Shown: positions 14,646 to 28,845, counted from the first letter of the stretch. The stretch is 64,000 nt of DNA from the human T2T-CHM13v2.0 reference genome, Homo sapiens (GCF_009914755.1 NC_060935.1), one strand, 5' to 3'. The notes: generated by a model not told the origin, from the sequence alone. A program made the numbers and translations.

Positions 14646-14957
14646 TTTTTTGTTTTTTTGAGACAAAAAAACTGCTCTCTGTCCCCCAGGCTCTGTCTCC
14701 CAGGCTGGAGTGCAGTGGCACAATCTCAACTCACTGCAACCTTTGCCTCCTGTGTTCAAGTGATTCTCCTGTGTCAGCCTCCTGAGTAGCTGGGATTACA
14801 AGCACCTGCCACCATACTTGGCTAATTTTTCTATTTTTGGTAGAGACAGGGTTTCACCATGTTGGCCAAGCTGGTCTTGAACTCCTGACCTCAAGTGATT
14901 TGCCTGCCTCAGCCTCCCAAGTGCTGGGATTACAGGCATGAGCCACTGAGCCCAGCC
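14646..14957 (-). mobile_element. AluS
   Basis: Reverse Alu consensus. Confidence 0.9.
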
Positions 14958-15593
14958 TTATTCATATAGAATTACTATATTATATTATAGAAAGACTGAA
15001 TATACATATACATATTATACATATTATATACATATTATACATATTATTATAGAAAGACTGAATGATAGTGGCTTAAGTCTATGGGATTATGAGGGTTTTT
15101 TTCCCTCATGATTTTATCATGTTGACATTTTGCTTCATGGTCATAAGACAGCTGATACAGCTCCAGACTTCAGCTCTGCTTTGAGGGAATAAGAAACAGG
15201 GGCTGGTAGTACTATCTGCCCTCTCCTATCTGGGAAGTAGGAGCTTTTTCAGATTCCTCAGCAGAAATTGGCTTGTATCTCATTGGCTATATCTGTGTCT
15301 CATGACTAGCCCTAAACAGGCTTAGACTATGACCCGTTGTCATGTCTGGATCCACAACCACCCCAACAAAACTGCAGTTGCATTATCAAGCAAGAAGAGG
15401 GACTGCATGGATATTGACTAGGTAAGCAACGGTGTCTGCCATGATGGTTTCGTTACAGTCTACACAGCCCCACTTATTATCCCAAGTGCAGGACCTTCTT
15501 GCTGTCATGATCTGACATGTGTTCAGCAAATAGTAAAGTAGCATAGCTCCACCATCCTGTTCCAGTGGAACAGAAAGTGTTTTCTCTTCTTCA

Positions 15594-15890
15594 GGCTGGA
15601 CACAGTGGCTCACACCTGTAATCCCAGCACTTTAAGAGGCCGAGGCAAGTGGATCACTTGAGGTCAGGAGTTCAAGACCAGCCTGGCCAACATGGTGAAA
15701 CCCCATCTCTACTAAAAATACAAAAATGAGCCAGGAGTGGTGGCAGGTGACAGCTACTCAGGAGGCTGAGGCAGGAGAATCGCTTTGAAGCTGGGAGGCA
15801 GAGGTTGCACTGAGCTGAGATCTCACCACTGCACTCCAAACTGAGTGACAGAGTGAGACTCCAGATTAAAAACAAACAAACAAAAAAACA
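15594..15890 (+). mobile_element. AluS
   Basis: Alu consensus with (AAAC)n tail. Confidence 0.9.
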
Positions 15891-16730
15891 GCAATATTGT
15901 CTCTCCTTTAAGGATCAAGCTTTATATTCTTCCTCTTTTGAAGAACATCTACTAGATAGGATTGTATCCAGTACAAACCTTTGACTCTCTCTACTAGGTA
16001 TATATGAACACTGAACATCCATGGAAAAGTTATCCTAAGTCAAAATGAAGTGTGGTTTTTACTTTCATTTCCTTCTCTCTAAACATGCCTTTTCTCTAAG
16101 CAGAGAAAACATTTCCACTAACAACCCAATCCAAAAACAGCTCACGTCCCAGCTCTCCCCTCAGTCACCCCACTCCAACACACAATCCCATGAAGGCAAA
16201 GCAAAAATAACACAAATACAGCAACCCAAATAACTATCGCTACTTATCTCATTTAACTTAAATGTCCCACCCAAACTACAGAATAGCAAAAACTTGTAGT
16301 TAATAATCCTTTACCTTTCAATGCTTCAGTCTGACCAAAAAGAAAAAGAAAAGTCAAAATAATCATCATTTTCCAAGATTAGAGCCAGGGCTTATCTGGG
16401 TAAGAGAACTCTCATTTTTACATAAAGAAAGACATTTGTTCATATAACCAATTCCTGTGTCATGATCCAAGTCCAGGGCTATGTGAAGTATCTTTCACTT
16501 TGGGTATACCCTTGAAGAAGCCTTGGCTTGCACATGGCCTGCCACCCAGGCCTTGCAATGGCTGACTTGTAATATCTGCTCATCTGTATCTTGGCCATAG
16601 CGGACGACAGTCCACTGGAACAATCCTGTCAATGTCTTCTTTCTTCTGAAGTCTAAAACTTCAGAACATGCCAACACTTATATGAGAAGCTCATATGAAA
16701 ACTCAGTAGAAGATGATTATTGGTAACACC

Positions 16731-16975
16731 ATCTTCAGCCAGATGGCTGACTTGGATTGGTTTAGAGATGATAGGTGTTAGGCCCTTAATTCCTCATAAA
16801 CAGCAGTGAAAAGGTGGTCTTCGTCTACCCCACAGGCTGCTGCTTTGACCTGATAGGTAGAAGTCATTAGCCTGTGAGCTTATTTAAGCAATTGGGATCT
16901 GCTATGTCAGACCACCCAATGAAAGAAATGTCTCCTCTTTTTAAATAAAAATAAAACCCTCCAAGATTAGCACTG
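16731..16975 (-). repeat. Copy 2 of a diverged inverted duplication (partner 13927-14175)
   Basis: Reverse complement begins cagtgctaatcttggagggtttt, matching cagtgctaaccttggagggtttt at 13927. Confidence 0.8.
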
Positions 16976-17641
16976 GAAACAAATCCCTGCATTGCGACAG
17001 GACACTAAGGCCACGAAGGCTTAAAGTCGCTTCCTCTTGTGATGCCTCCGTAAGGACTGCTGCCACCAAGCTGACTGCCCCACCCTGGCCTCTCTGGCCC
17101 AAGGCCAAGTATATAACTCTTCTTTGAATGTCCCCTCACACAGCTAAGACAAAGTAGAATTGCTTAACCAAGTTAAAGGAAGGAAATAATAAAATGGAAC
17201 TAGACAGAGAGTGACATTAAACCAGATACATTGGAACAGACGTGGCTCCTTCCTGGCTTTCAGGCCCAGTCTTGTTCTATCTCCCAACTGCTCCCCAAAA
17301 GAGGCCACCTCAGCATCAACTTTCTCTCTGTCTCCACTCCTCAAAATGGAAGCCCCAGCACCAAATCTCAGAGAGATGAAGAGTTGCCTCCCTATTTAAG
17401 GCCTAACTTCTTAGTTGTTGCTGAAGACATACCTGGACCTCTAACAGAATCATGACCTGCTGCAAAGAAGGTCATGCCTGACCACAGCAATATACTTTTC
17501 TTTACTGCTTGCTTCCTCTGACATACATTCTTTCATTCTCCGCCTTATTCATTCAATTATTCAAAAACTATTTATTGAATATCCACTATGTTCTGGATAT
17601 TGTGCTAAGGCTACAGCGGTAAAGAAAACATCTCTCATCTC

Positions 17642-18235
<594 letters not shown>

Positions 18236-19524
18236 TAATCTGTTTCCCCACAGAACGTATAGGCTAATGAACATATGCTTTAAAAGTAAGCATTAAAGGG
18301 TCCTTATTTTTCAGAGAGACATACTTAGATATTTATGAATGAAATGATAATGGGGGAATCAGAAGGCATATGAATTAAATAAGTTTGATGATAAGTTGAG
18401 AATTATTGAATGTGGATGATGGGTACAGTGGAGTTCATTACTTTATTTAGTTTTGCATATGTTTAAGTTTTTCTAAAATAAAAAAGTTTTTTAAGTGTTA
18501 ATATGAGGCAATAAATACTAGATGCCAAATTAATGACATAGCCATAGCCAGTGGATCCAGATTAGAACAATCAGTACAAGCTCTCAGACCAAGAGAGCAT
18601 CAGCATGGAAAAGTGTGAGCCTGGGATGCTGACCACATACACGCAGGCAAGAGCCACTCATTCTGGATGATTTTAAGAGAATATCGCTCTCCTGGATAAG
18701 AGTTCCCCCTTCCTTCTGCCCAGAGGTAGACAATGTTGGGGAGAATGGCTTAAACCTCATTTGGTTCAGCAGGCATGCATTGCTGGTTAAACCAGGAATT
18801 TCTTGGATCTGACTATCCAGCAGAACCACAAAAGGAGCAAACGTCTTTAAATAGACTAAGAAATAAGGTAAAAACTACATCTCATGTAAGTCTTTTTGCA
18901 GAAATCAATTAAAACAGGTCGTTGTCTGAACCAACACTGAAATGCTTATTATTAGGTTTGTTCTAGAGCTTGTTATTCAAATGGTTGGTGCCTTGTTATT
19001 AAAAAAAAATTGTGTTGGTCTAATGTTTGCAGGCAGGATGTGCAGGCCCAGCAGGGACACACATTGCTTAGCCATCAGAGCTTTCACACATTAGGAGAGG
19101 TGGGGAAGCAAGCTGAGGAAAGGGAGGTGGAAAGGTAAGAACAAGTAGGTGTTTGGAGCAAAATAGGAATAAGGAGCTACCGCATCCAGGATTTTGAACT
19201 ACATCTGAGACCTAGAAAAAATGGGATGAAGGCAGAGGATCCAGACACCTGGCACATCTATAGGAGCAAGGGGCAGGTGTGCATTAGAGCTCTGAGGAGC
19301 AGCAGGGCTATGGTACTGTAGATGAATTCAGAGCACTGAGCTTTGGACATAAAACCCTGGGTAAGAGGAAGGATACTGGGATTGCTGACCTCAGGGCCCT
19401 TCTGGGCTGGGATGGCATGCACTCACAGGGACACTAAGTGTGGTGCATAGCTCACAATTGCTCCTGCCTCAAATGCTCTTCTGCCCACTCCTGGCCCTCT
19501 TCACTTATCTAAGTCGTATTTTTG

Positions 19525-20190
19525 CGTAAGCCAAAAATTAAATTCTAAGGCTCCCTTGAGCCATCTGAACAAACCCCTCCTCTCAACCAAGGGCATTCCA
19601 TAGTTAACCTGGAAAACTAGTTCAGGCCATGATGGGAAGGCAGGGGGTCTGACATGCTTCATTATACCCTCCTCCCTTTTGGAATTCAGGAAAAGCCGAC
19701 CAGCATTAACATCAACACAGACATTAAGTCTGATAAGAAACATTTACCATGTATTCTCTCTGCAGCCTGCTACTTGGAGGCTTTGTCTGCATGATAAAAC
19801 TCTGCTTATCATGGTAAGCCAGACATTTCCTTTCTATTGATTCCAGGTCTTTAGATAATAACTCCTTTAACTGATTGCCAATCAGAAAAATTTTAAATCT
19901 ACCTATAACCTGGAAGCCACCACCCTCCACCACAGCTTCAAGTTATCCCACCTTTCCAGATCAAACCAAGGTACATCTTGCAAGTATTGATTGATGTATT
20001 ATGTCTCCCTAAAAAGCATAAAAGCAAACTGTACCCCTTGCACAAACTTGTAAAGCAAGCTTATACCCAACTACCTTGGGCACATGTCATCTGGACCTCT
20101 TGAAGATGTGTCAACAGGTGCATCCTTAACCTTGGCAAAATGAACTCTCCAAATTGATTGATACATGTCTCAGATACTTTTGGATTCATG
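19525..20190 (+). mobile_element. MER4-family (ERV1) solo LTR
   Basis: Starts gtaagccaaaaattaaattctaagg, contains aaaactagttcaggccatgatgggaagg, ends ctcagatacttttggattca; ~665 bp. Confidence 0.75.
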
Positions 20191-20553
20191 CTTGCTTCAA
20201 ACCATCATCCAGGGAGGCTTCCTTGACCATCCAAATTCTCAGTCATTTCTTCCACACCTCAACTCCCAGAACATTTACTGTCTGCTTAATTCCTTTCGTA
20301 TCTATCATTCATTATTTTATACACGCACATATATGTACTTTTTCCATCGGATTACAACATCCAAGAGAAAAGAGATTATGTCTGATTTGCTTAGCTTACG
20401 CTAGGAGCACTGTACAGGAGAAATGCAGAATTCAAAGTCAGAACTCCTGGGTTTTAGTCCTAGTTCTGCATTTCCTCAGAGATCTAATGCTGGACAAATA
20501 GCAAGTCACTTAACCTCTCCCAGCCTCAGTTTCCTCCTCAGAAAAAGAGGTTA

Positions 20554-20961
<408 letters not shown>

Positions 20962-23900
20962 CTATTCAGATTTAGCCTAGAACTCACTCTAGAATATTGG
21001 TTATTTCCCCATCTTAGCAAATATATTATACCGAGCCTTCCGTATTGCCTCTCTAGCAGCACCCTGAACATAGCAGAAGTTCAAGAAATATTTACTCCTC
21101 TTGATAATGCTGGTAACAATCATGATGCTGACAATGACAGAACAAAATGACTACTGGTGAAAATGACTCAACGGTCACCTAATGTCCAGCAAACCTGATT
21201 TCTACCTTTGAATGGACCCCTTAAGCCATGTGCTTTCTCCCCCTCTCCTTCCTGACATGTGGGGTGAGGGTGGGAAGAGGCCTCCAGCCTGGCAGAGGCC
21301 CCTTTAAAAATGTACCCGGGCTCCTCCTCTGCCAACCAGGTTGCTAAAAATACTACAACAGCAAAAGCTGAAATATTTGCAGAGAAAACTGAATTTCCTG
21401 CTACCTCCACCCCCTCCACTCAAATGGGTAAAATCCTGACCTAAGAAGCCCCCAGATCAGCTCCACCAAAGACACAGGCCTCATACTTTCTAGCCCCCTT
21501 CTGATTATGGGTCCCTCCACGGGCTTGAGCCAGGATGTGAAGTTCAGAAGGTGCCCACTCCGAGAAGGGGAAGCCACAAGTTATTGGGAAATAGATTGTC
21601 ACGTGCCTTGGCTTTTCTGCCTGCTTACTAGGACCAACCCTCTCCAAATCCCCTTCCATCTGTCCCAAGAAGAATCTGTATTGGACCACAGGAGCTTCCC
21701 ACTAATCCATCTTTTATCCTCTCTTTTGTCTATCCCTCACCTGCCTTGGCTTCTATTCCTCACCCCTGTCATCTCCATGCTTCCTGCTGGCTCCATCCCA
21801 CGGCACCCACCAACATGCCCCAGTTGCCTCCCTAACCTGGCCATTCCCTTCCAGAGCTCATCTCCTTTCCAGGCCAGCAGTTTTCCTTCAGTAGCTATGG
21901 GGGCTGGAGACTGTAGATGAGAAGCTTTAAAATTTGAAAAGTCAAGAACAACTACGAGTCCAAGCCCATCTGGACAGTAGGTCATACTCCAAATGTTGAC
22001 CGGTGGCACCCAGGCCCTAGGCCAGGCAGGTTACCATGGGGAGTATAACTTGGCATCATTCTGCCAAAGACCAGAGCCTGCAGAGGCAGACCCAGCCATC
22101 CCTTACTGCATCTGTCCTTTGTCCTAGCTCACCTATTTGAGTATCACAGGCTGAGTCCCACCAGCCCACCTTGCTGACAAACCCCAGCCACCTAGAGGCT
22201 CAGAAGAGGGACCTTTCCCCAGCGCTAGTGGGTGCCTTGGCCCCACAGTGGTTAAGGGGCCCACGCTGAGCATGTCTTTGGATGTCAGTGGGTGACAACC
22301 CGTGCAGGGTGTGTGTCTCTGGGTGTGTGGGCAGTGTGTGTGTCTGCATCTTTGGGTCTGTGTGTGTAATTTCTATGAGGCCATATGTGTTACTGCTCCT
22401 GCCACTGGTATTTGAGTTTGTGAGTGTCTGTCTTCTCATCTCAGGCTCTGCCTTCCTCTCTGTCTTTTCCTCACCTCAGAGCCTGCCCATCCCCCAGGGC
22501 CAGCACTGTGGCCAGTTCTGCGTAGGCGCCTTGAGTGGGCTGTTGCTGAAATGGTTGCTTTGCGGATGGAACTGACAGTTGCCGTATCTGTTCTCCTATG
22601 GGCCCTCCAGTGTTCAGAGACACCCTCACCCCACACAAAGGTGTCCTTCAGGAAGAGGGAAGGGCTGTGCTGCCTGTGTGGGAGTTGGTGGGGGGGGTGT
22701 TGTAAAGATACCCCCCCTTCAGTTCTGACCAGCAGGAAGAAGGGCCCAGAGGCAGCGCAGTCTGCAGAGGGATGTTGCCTAGCAACTTGGGAGACTTGAC
22801 TGCAAACTCACCAAATCCCGAATTCCTCAGCTCTAATTTGGGAAGAGAAAAGCACAGAGTCTAGGCCTGGTATCCACTCTGTCCCCCAATTTCCCCCTTT
22901 CCTCTCCTCTCTGGATTCTGGAGTTGAAGTCCAGCAGGAATTGGCACAACAGAAGGCCACAGATGTGCGTGTCATTTAGGCAAGGGCCTGAGTTCCCAGG
23001 ACATCTGGCCACTTGGAGGAGGTGGGGAGATGAAAGATGTGCCAGAGACAGATTGGGGAACAGATTTTTTGTTACAAAAGTGGGTGGGTCCCAAACATGC
23101 TGGGAGAGACACCCCTACACCCCAAGCCCTGGAATCCCGGCCAGCATCCAGCTCAGCCTGGGACCCCAAGCTGGCTAACCTTATCCCCACCCTGAATGGA
23201 CTCAGGCATTTCTCTCCCACTCATTTTTCCTTTGGCAAGCAGAGCCTCGGGCCCAAACATCTAGGTGGAAAGGAAGCATGTCACCGCCACGTGGTCCCTG
23301 GTCATGGCCAGGGACTGGGGATGCACAGCAGAGCTGTCTCAGGATCTGCTGTCCCAACCAGAGCCACAGGGCATTTCCCACCTTTGCTCCCAGCAGGAGC
23401 CATCCTTTCCTCCTTCCCTTCTCTGGGACCTTAGCTGAGAAGACTTTCTAGTTTTCTCAGAGAAGGCCTACCCTACCCACATAACAAGCCACACTGCCAG
23501 CTTTTGTACCCTGCCGAGTTGGGGGAGGCTGACGACCACAACAGTGGCAGTCTGTCCCTCCCAGATGCTCTTTCCATAGCTCCCCTTCCCAGCCTCTCAC
23601 GAAGCCCACATCCTGCCTCATCATGGACCCAAGAGCCAATTACTTCGAATTCTCTACACTTGGGTTTAGGGTATTTTTCTTCTTCTCAGGAGCAAGGGCG
23701 AGGATGGCCAGCTTTTGTCTTATTCTGAGGCAGCAGATCAAAAGGTTAGGCAGAGTCTGGTATGAAAGGGAGGAGGATACTTCTTCCAAGTCTGTGCCCA
23801 TATATAAATACATACAAAATAGGTGTTGTGCATATATGATGTTGTTTGTTGCAGCTCATGTAGACAGATCGATAATAGATACGTCATGCCGACAGCTTGA

Positions 23901-24289
23901 GTTGGGTGACTGTCCGTGTGCGTGCGTGAGCGCGCGGGCGCCCGCAACAGGGTGTCCGCATTTACCTGCAACTGAAGGGCTGCGTAGTTATTTTTGCAGG
24001 TTGTATCTGCAGTGTCTGTATGCTGGAAGAAGGCCTGGGAAAATCATATGTGGACATGTGGGGCTTGTGAGCTTTTGTGTGGACGCATGCCCATCGCCAG
24101 GTTGTACCAACAGGTTTCTCCGTCTGTAGCAGGAGTGATGATGAGACCTTTTTACCGCCCGTTAGGGAGCCTTTCTTTGCGGACTGAGGGGGAGTGAAGT
24201 GAAAGGGAGCCATATTTGGGACTCCTGCTAGGTTGTGGAAGTATGGAGGGATGGGTGAGGGGTGCGTGGTTTTCTCTGAGCGGGAGTAG

Positions 24290-25460
24290 GTGCTGTGCCC
24301 AGATGTGGGTGTTTGTGCTCGGGGTGTCGGGGGCCTCCTTCTGCCTACTCCGGCGTACATCTGCCTGGCAGTCTGCCGCCTAGCAAGCCAGGGGATTGCG
24401 CCCGGGAGGATGGAGTGTGTAGGAGGCTTGGATACAAGCGTGTAGGCGGAGGGGCTGGGGCAGGAGCGGGAGCGCGGCGCAGAGAGCCGCGAGAGGGCGT
24501 GGCCCTCCCTCCACTTCTCCCCGCCCACCCTGCCGGAGGCTGCTCCTGATTGGCTTCCCGGCCGCGGGGCTCAGGTTACATTCGCGAGCGGAGCCGAGCG
24601 CGGGAGACCGGACCCGAGAGCAGAGCTGCTGTTTCGGCGCGGGTCGGCTGGCGGCCGACTGCCCCAGAGCCCCCACCCGGCACCACACAGACCCCACCCC
24701 CGCCCTGCGCCAGCCTTCGTCCCCGCAGAGGACCCCCCGACACCAGCATGGACTGCTGCACCGTAAGTTAGAGGGCCCGGGGGAGGGGCACTTGGCGGGG
24801 TCCGCTGCGAGAGGCGCCTGAGAAAGCCCTGGAGGGCGAGAGAGGGATGGAAGTGGATGCGGAAGACCTAGGAGCAGAAAGAAAAGGGGTCCTTGCCGAG
24901 ACGTGGGTGGTGGATGGTGGAAGGCGCCCGCCCGACTTGGAAGCCCTAGGAAAAATGCTCCTCAACTCGCGGGGGCGTCTGAGCGCCCATCCGTTAGACA
25001 GCCTAGGCTGGACTGGGAGCTCGGCAGGGCTCTGCAAGAGGGGAACTGCGGGTTGGATGACAGGAGGAACTTCCTCCCCAGTGAGACGCTGGCAACCATC
25101 GCCTGGAGACACTGCAGCGACTCCTTCCTCCCGTCTTTCGGCCCCCACCCCGTTCCCCATCCCACTGCGCCGCCGTCGGTGGGCGGACAGGCTGATCCTC
25201 ATGACCCTCCAACGATCGCCTAAGCGCCCTGTGCAGCGCAGGCTGGTCCATATTGGTTAGCTCGGTAGTGATGCTGGCTGCAAAGAGCCTAGTCAGGGTG
25301 GTTCTGGGGAGGGGTTGTCCCGGCCCCCAAGGCCTTCTCGCTCGGAAGGGGCTGGGTGAAGTGACCGCGAGAGAGCCCTGCTGGCGAGGAAAGGAAGTGT
25401 CTGCAATTTGTCAGCGCCCACGCGGAAACCTGGGTACTGCAAGTGCCCAGCGCCCGAGGG
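24290..25460. promoter_or_regulatory. NRGN: NRGN promoter CpG island (TATA-less; inverted CCAAT at 24549-24553; GC box at ~24518-24528)
   Basis: High CpG density around exon 1; ATTGG and ccccgcccacc motifs. Confidence 0.8.
24748..24762 (+). CDS. NRGN: Neurogranin coding exon 1 (MDCCT)
   Basis: agcATGG Kozak; ATG GAC TGC TGC ACC followed by GTAAGT donor. Confidence 0.97.
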
Positions 25461-27334
25461 GTTTGCTGTAAAGGTGACTCGGTATGAAAGCGCCTGGCAT
25501 AGGCCCTGGCTCCTGCCTCACTGGAAGAGTACAGTGATCATACGTATATGAAATTTATTTGTTTGCTTATTTATTTTTTGCCTCTGCACTTGGAGAAAGA
25601 CTATTCCAAAGTCCTTGTATTTTCAGTCATTCAGTCAACCAGCTAATGATACACGAGGTTACTGACTTTGCCACCTTATGGCATAGTAAAGAAAAAAAAA
25701 GTGGGCTTTGGAAGGGAAGGATAGCCCAGTTCTATAATAGGTGAGACTTTCCCATGTCTGGGTACCAAGAGGCAGAGAACACTTAGGGGCAAGTGGTGGT
25801 GGTTGCGATTTTAACTCTTATTAGTTTAAGTAATAGTTGCCAGTTTGTGAATGCCTGCCCTGTAGCCAGCACTTTATATTTAATCATAGCAACAACCCTG
25901 TGAAGTAGGTATTATTTCACAGATGTGCCAACTGAGGTTTAGAAAGTTAGATTTTTCCAAGGAAGCATGACTCCTAACTGTGGAGGCAGGATTCAAACAT
26001 AGCCCTGTCTTCTTCGAAGAGCTGTGGTTTAACCTCTCCTCTAAATATTTACTGATTATAAAAGTAATCTGCTCATAATAGAAAACGTAAAACCTAGAGA
26101 AAAGTATGAAAAACAAACATGTCAGTCACCTACAGTCCCACCCCCTGGAGAACACCCCGATAACATATCTCCTTCCAGCCTTTTCCCTCTGCTTGTTATT
26201 CTACAGGAAGCAATTTTTTGGTTGTGAAGGGAGAAATGGGCTCCTCATGGAGGTTCCTGGGCTCCACTGAGGAAGAGCCCTTCCTCCCAGCAGTGTTGTA
26301 TAAAGTAGAGAAGATAAATGGATGGTGGGTTCTGGGAAATGAGCTGGGGGGAGGGGAGAGGTGAGGATGACAGGGGAGTATTGCTGGGGAAGGGGAAGTG
26401 GGAGACGTGGTCACTGGAAAGAGGTGAGTAAACAAAGAATCCAAGAGGCCAGGGAAGGAATGGAATTGGTCTCCTCTGTGTCTGCAGTAGTAATTAGAGT
26501 AGGATGTGGGGGTCCCTGCCTGGAACTGTTGCTCTTGAGTGCCCAGGGAGCCATACTGAGGGATTAGTAGACATGGTTGAAGTCAGTGTCCCTTAAAAAA
26601 GGAGAGGCTACCCACCCAAAAGGTAAAAGAGAAGCAGATACACAATTATCTCCATGGCCCAGGGCCTGGGGCACCTCCTCCAGTGCACCCTGTGCACAGG
26701 AGCCTTCCCAAGTCATGCCCTGTCCTAGGTCTGCAGGGCTAAAGGGCTGAGCAAGAGAGAGCACCATTATCAGACTGTGCAGGAGGGCAGGAAGAAGAAG
26801 GAGTGATGTGTGGAGGGTTGGGGAAGGGCAGGGCTAGGGGTGGGCATTTTCCTCCCCTTTCTGTGGAGGGCTGGACTCAGTGCTGGGAGAGAGCTGAGAT
26901 GTGTGGGAAGAACAGCATACCTCTTGGGGGCTAGAGGCAGGTCCTTCTTCATCTTTTGATTCTGGAGCTCTCCTCACTGACCGCATCACCTGGTGTTTGG
27001 GAAGAATCTAGTCCTGTCTTATTCCCGTTTCTCCTTGGTACAGAGGCTCAGATAGAAATGAGGAAGAAGAAAACAGATCTGCCTATTTTTTTAAGAGACA
27101 GAGGAATGGTTTTTTATTCATGCTGATTCAAATATTGCAGTTGCTGATTTACATAGCCATATATATATATGACTTTTCCTGCATTCACCGCGCATGAAAA
27201 AGCGCATGAATTTTTTTGGATCCTCATTTCTTTTGCTTAGTCTAGTTGGCTTGGCCCTGCTGAATTCATAGAAATAATTACCTGCCCTGAGGCAGTGGCT
27301 AGCAGCAGAGGCTACTGAATCCCATCACTTCACT

Positions 27335-27460
27335 ATTTGTCAACTGAGTGACCTTAGCTAAGTTACAAAATGTCTCAGAGGCTGTTTCCTGACTTCCAAA
27401 ATGGGGATTAAATGAGGTAATATATGCAAAGCGCTTAGCACAGGGCCTGACATAATAACA
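27335..27460 (+). mobile_element. MIR SINE fragment in NRGN intron 1
   Basis: gtgacctt..aagttac...tttcct..aaaatgggga-ttaaatgag.taatatatg.aaagcgcttag.acag.gcctg matches the MIR core with an internal deletion. Confidence 0.75.
27405..27420 (+). promoter_or_regulatory. NRGN: DR4 thyroid-hormone response element GGATTA-aatg-AGGTAA
   Basis: DR4 half-site spacing ~2.8 kb into the gene; as I recall, this is the reported human NRGN intron-1 TRE sequence. Confidence 0.75.
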
Positions 27461-28845
27461 AGCAGCAAGCAGGGGATATCCTTAAAGCTATTCGGATTTG
27501 GGAGCTGAAGGAGACTTTGTTCATTAGTTGTGGCTGAAGAAAATGAGACTCTCAGAGATGAAGTGATGTGCCCAGTTGGGACTAGAAGGCTTGGACCCCA
27601 CTTTGCTGACCAGGGCACCTTCCACCTCCTCCTCCCTCCCAGAAGTCCCTACTTCCTATGGAACTGTCAGGCACACACCAGCAACCTTGGCTTTGGAAAG
27701 CACCAGCCAGGCACCATGACCAATGAACCTCTTCCCAGGTCCTTTCAATCTCCTTCCACTTCCACCTGTGGACTGGCCACCTGGCAGCTCTGTCCTGAAA
27801 ATTCAGCTGGTAGGAGAGGGAGCTGGTTCTGGGGAGGAACATGGAGTGTCGGGGGTGGCTTTGCCTGCTATTCCAGGTTTCCATTCTGGATCCAGCTGGG
27901 GCGGGCGGTGACAGCAGGTCGGGTCTAGCGTGGTTGGAGGCAGATATCCCTTCCTCCACTCAACCTTCCCACTCCTCCACAGCTGCGAGGCCAAGGAGGA
28001 AAGGTAGGTCAGGAATGCTTTTTTATGGTTGTCACCCTCTTGAGAAGAAGCCTCACTGTTCCCTGAGGATATCCCAAGAAAGACTTGAGCTCTAAGAATA
28101 AAACATTCCAAAGGAGTCTTTTCTGAGCACCCTAGACCTGTGTTTGGCCTTTCCACAACCATACCTGCCTTTTTGTAACTCTTTTTTTCTTTCTGTTTTT
28201 TTGACTCTTCTACCAAAATGTAACTCCTTTTAACTGTGTTTAAATCGATTATGGGCATCTTGAGCACGAATTGAAGAATGTGAAGCCCAGGAAATGAGGC
28301 TAACCTTGGGAAACATGGCGAGGGGAACCATTTATAAGCCGGGGCTTGGGCATCTGGAGTTTAAGCTTGTGGTCCTGGGGCAGAATCTGGCTAGGACAGT
28401 GATCACTGAAGCCTTCCTCATATCCTGTCCACTTCTATGAACCGGATGGATGATGGCAGGGAGAGCTAATGTGCAGAACTGAATTACCATTATTATGTGA
28501 AACCTTGGTCATCTCGTGTCCTAGAAGAAAAAGATAGTCAAAGCAGTGGAAGACTTCATGAAAAGAAAAAAAAAAAGAAGGAGGCAAATTCCTAGAAGCC
28601 AGTGAGCCAGATCAAAGGAGAAATGTCCTTCTAACTTCATAGTAACCATCCCCATCCTGACCCACACTAATACTGCAAGTAATGTTAATGCAACAAAAGG
28701 GCTCAGAGGCTGAATTCCTCTCCGTTCCATAGCCTTTCCTCTGCAATCTATACCATCAATCCCCTCACGCCTTCTACTTTCAGCCAGGGCAGGCTGTCAG
28801 AGAAGCAGAAACCTAGTTTGGGGCATAGAGGTGGGCCTGATTATT

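Noticed and set aside
14975-15065. Direct repeat attatagaaagactgaat flanking ATACATATT units
   Set aside because: Simple slippage-type AT-rich repeat; not CRISPR-like and no sign of function.
22499-22519. RE1/NRSE-like motif gccagcactgtggccagttct upstream of NRGN
   Set aside because: Several mismatches at core RE1 positions; not supportable without ChIP data.
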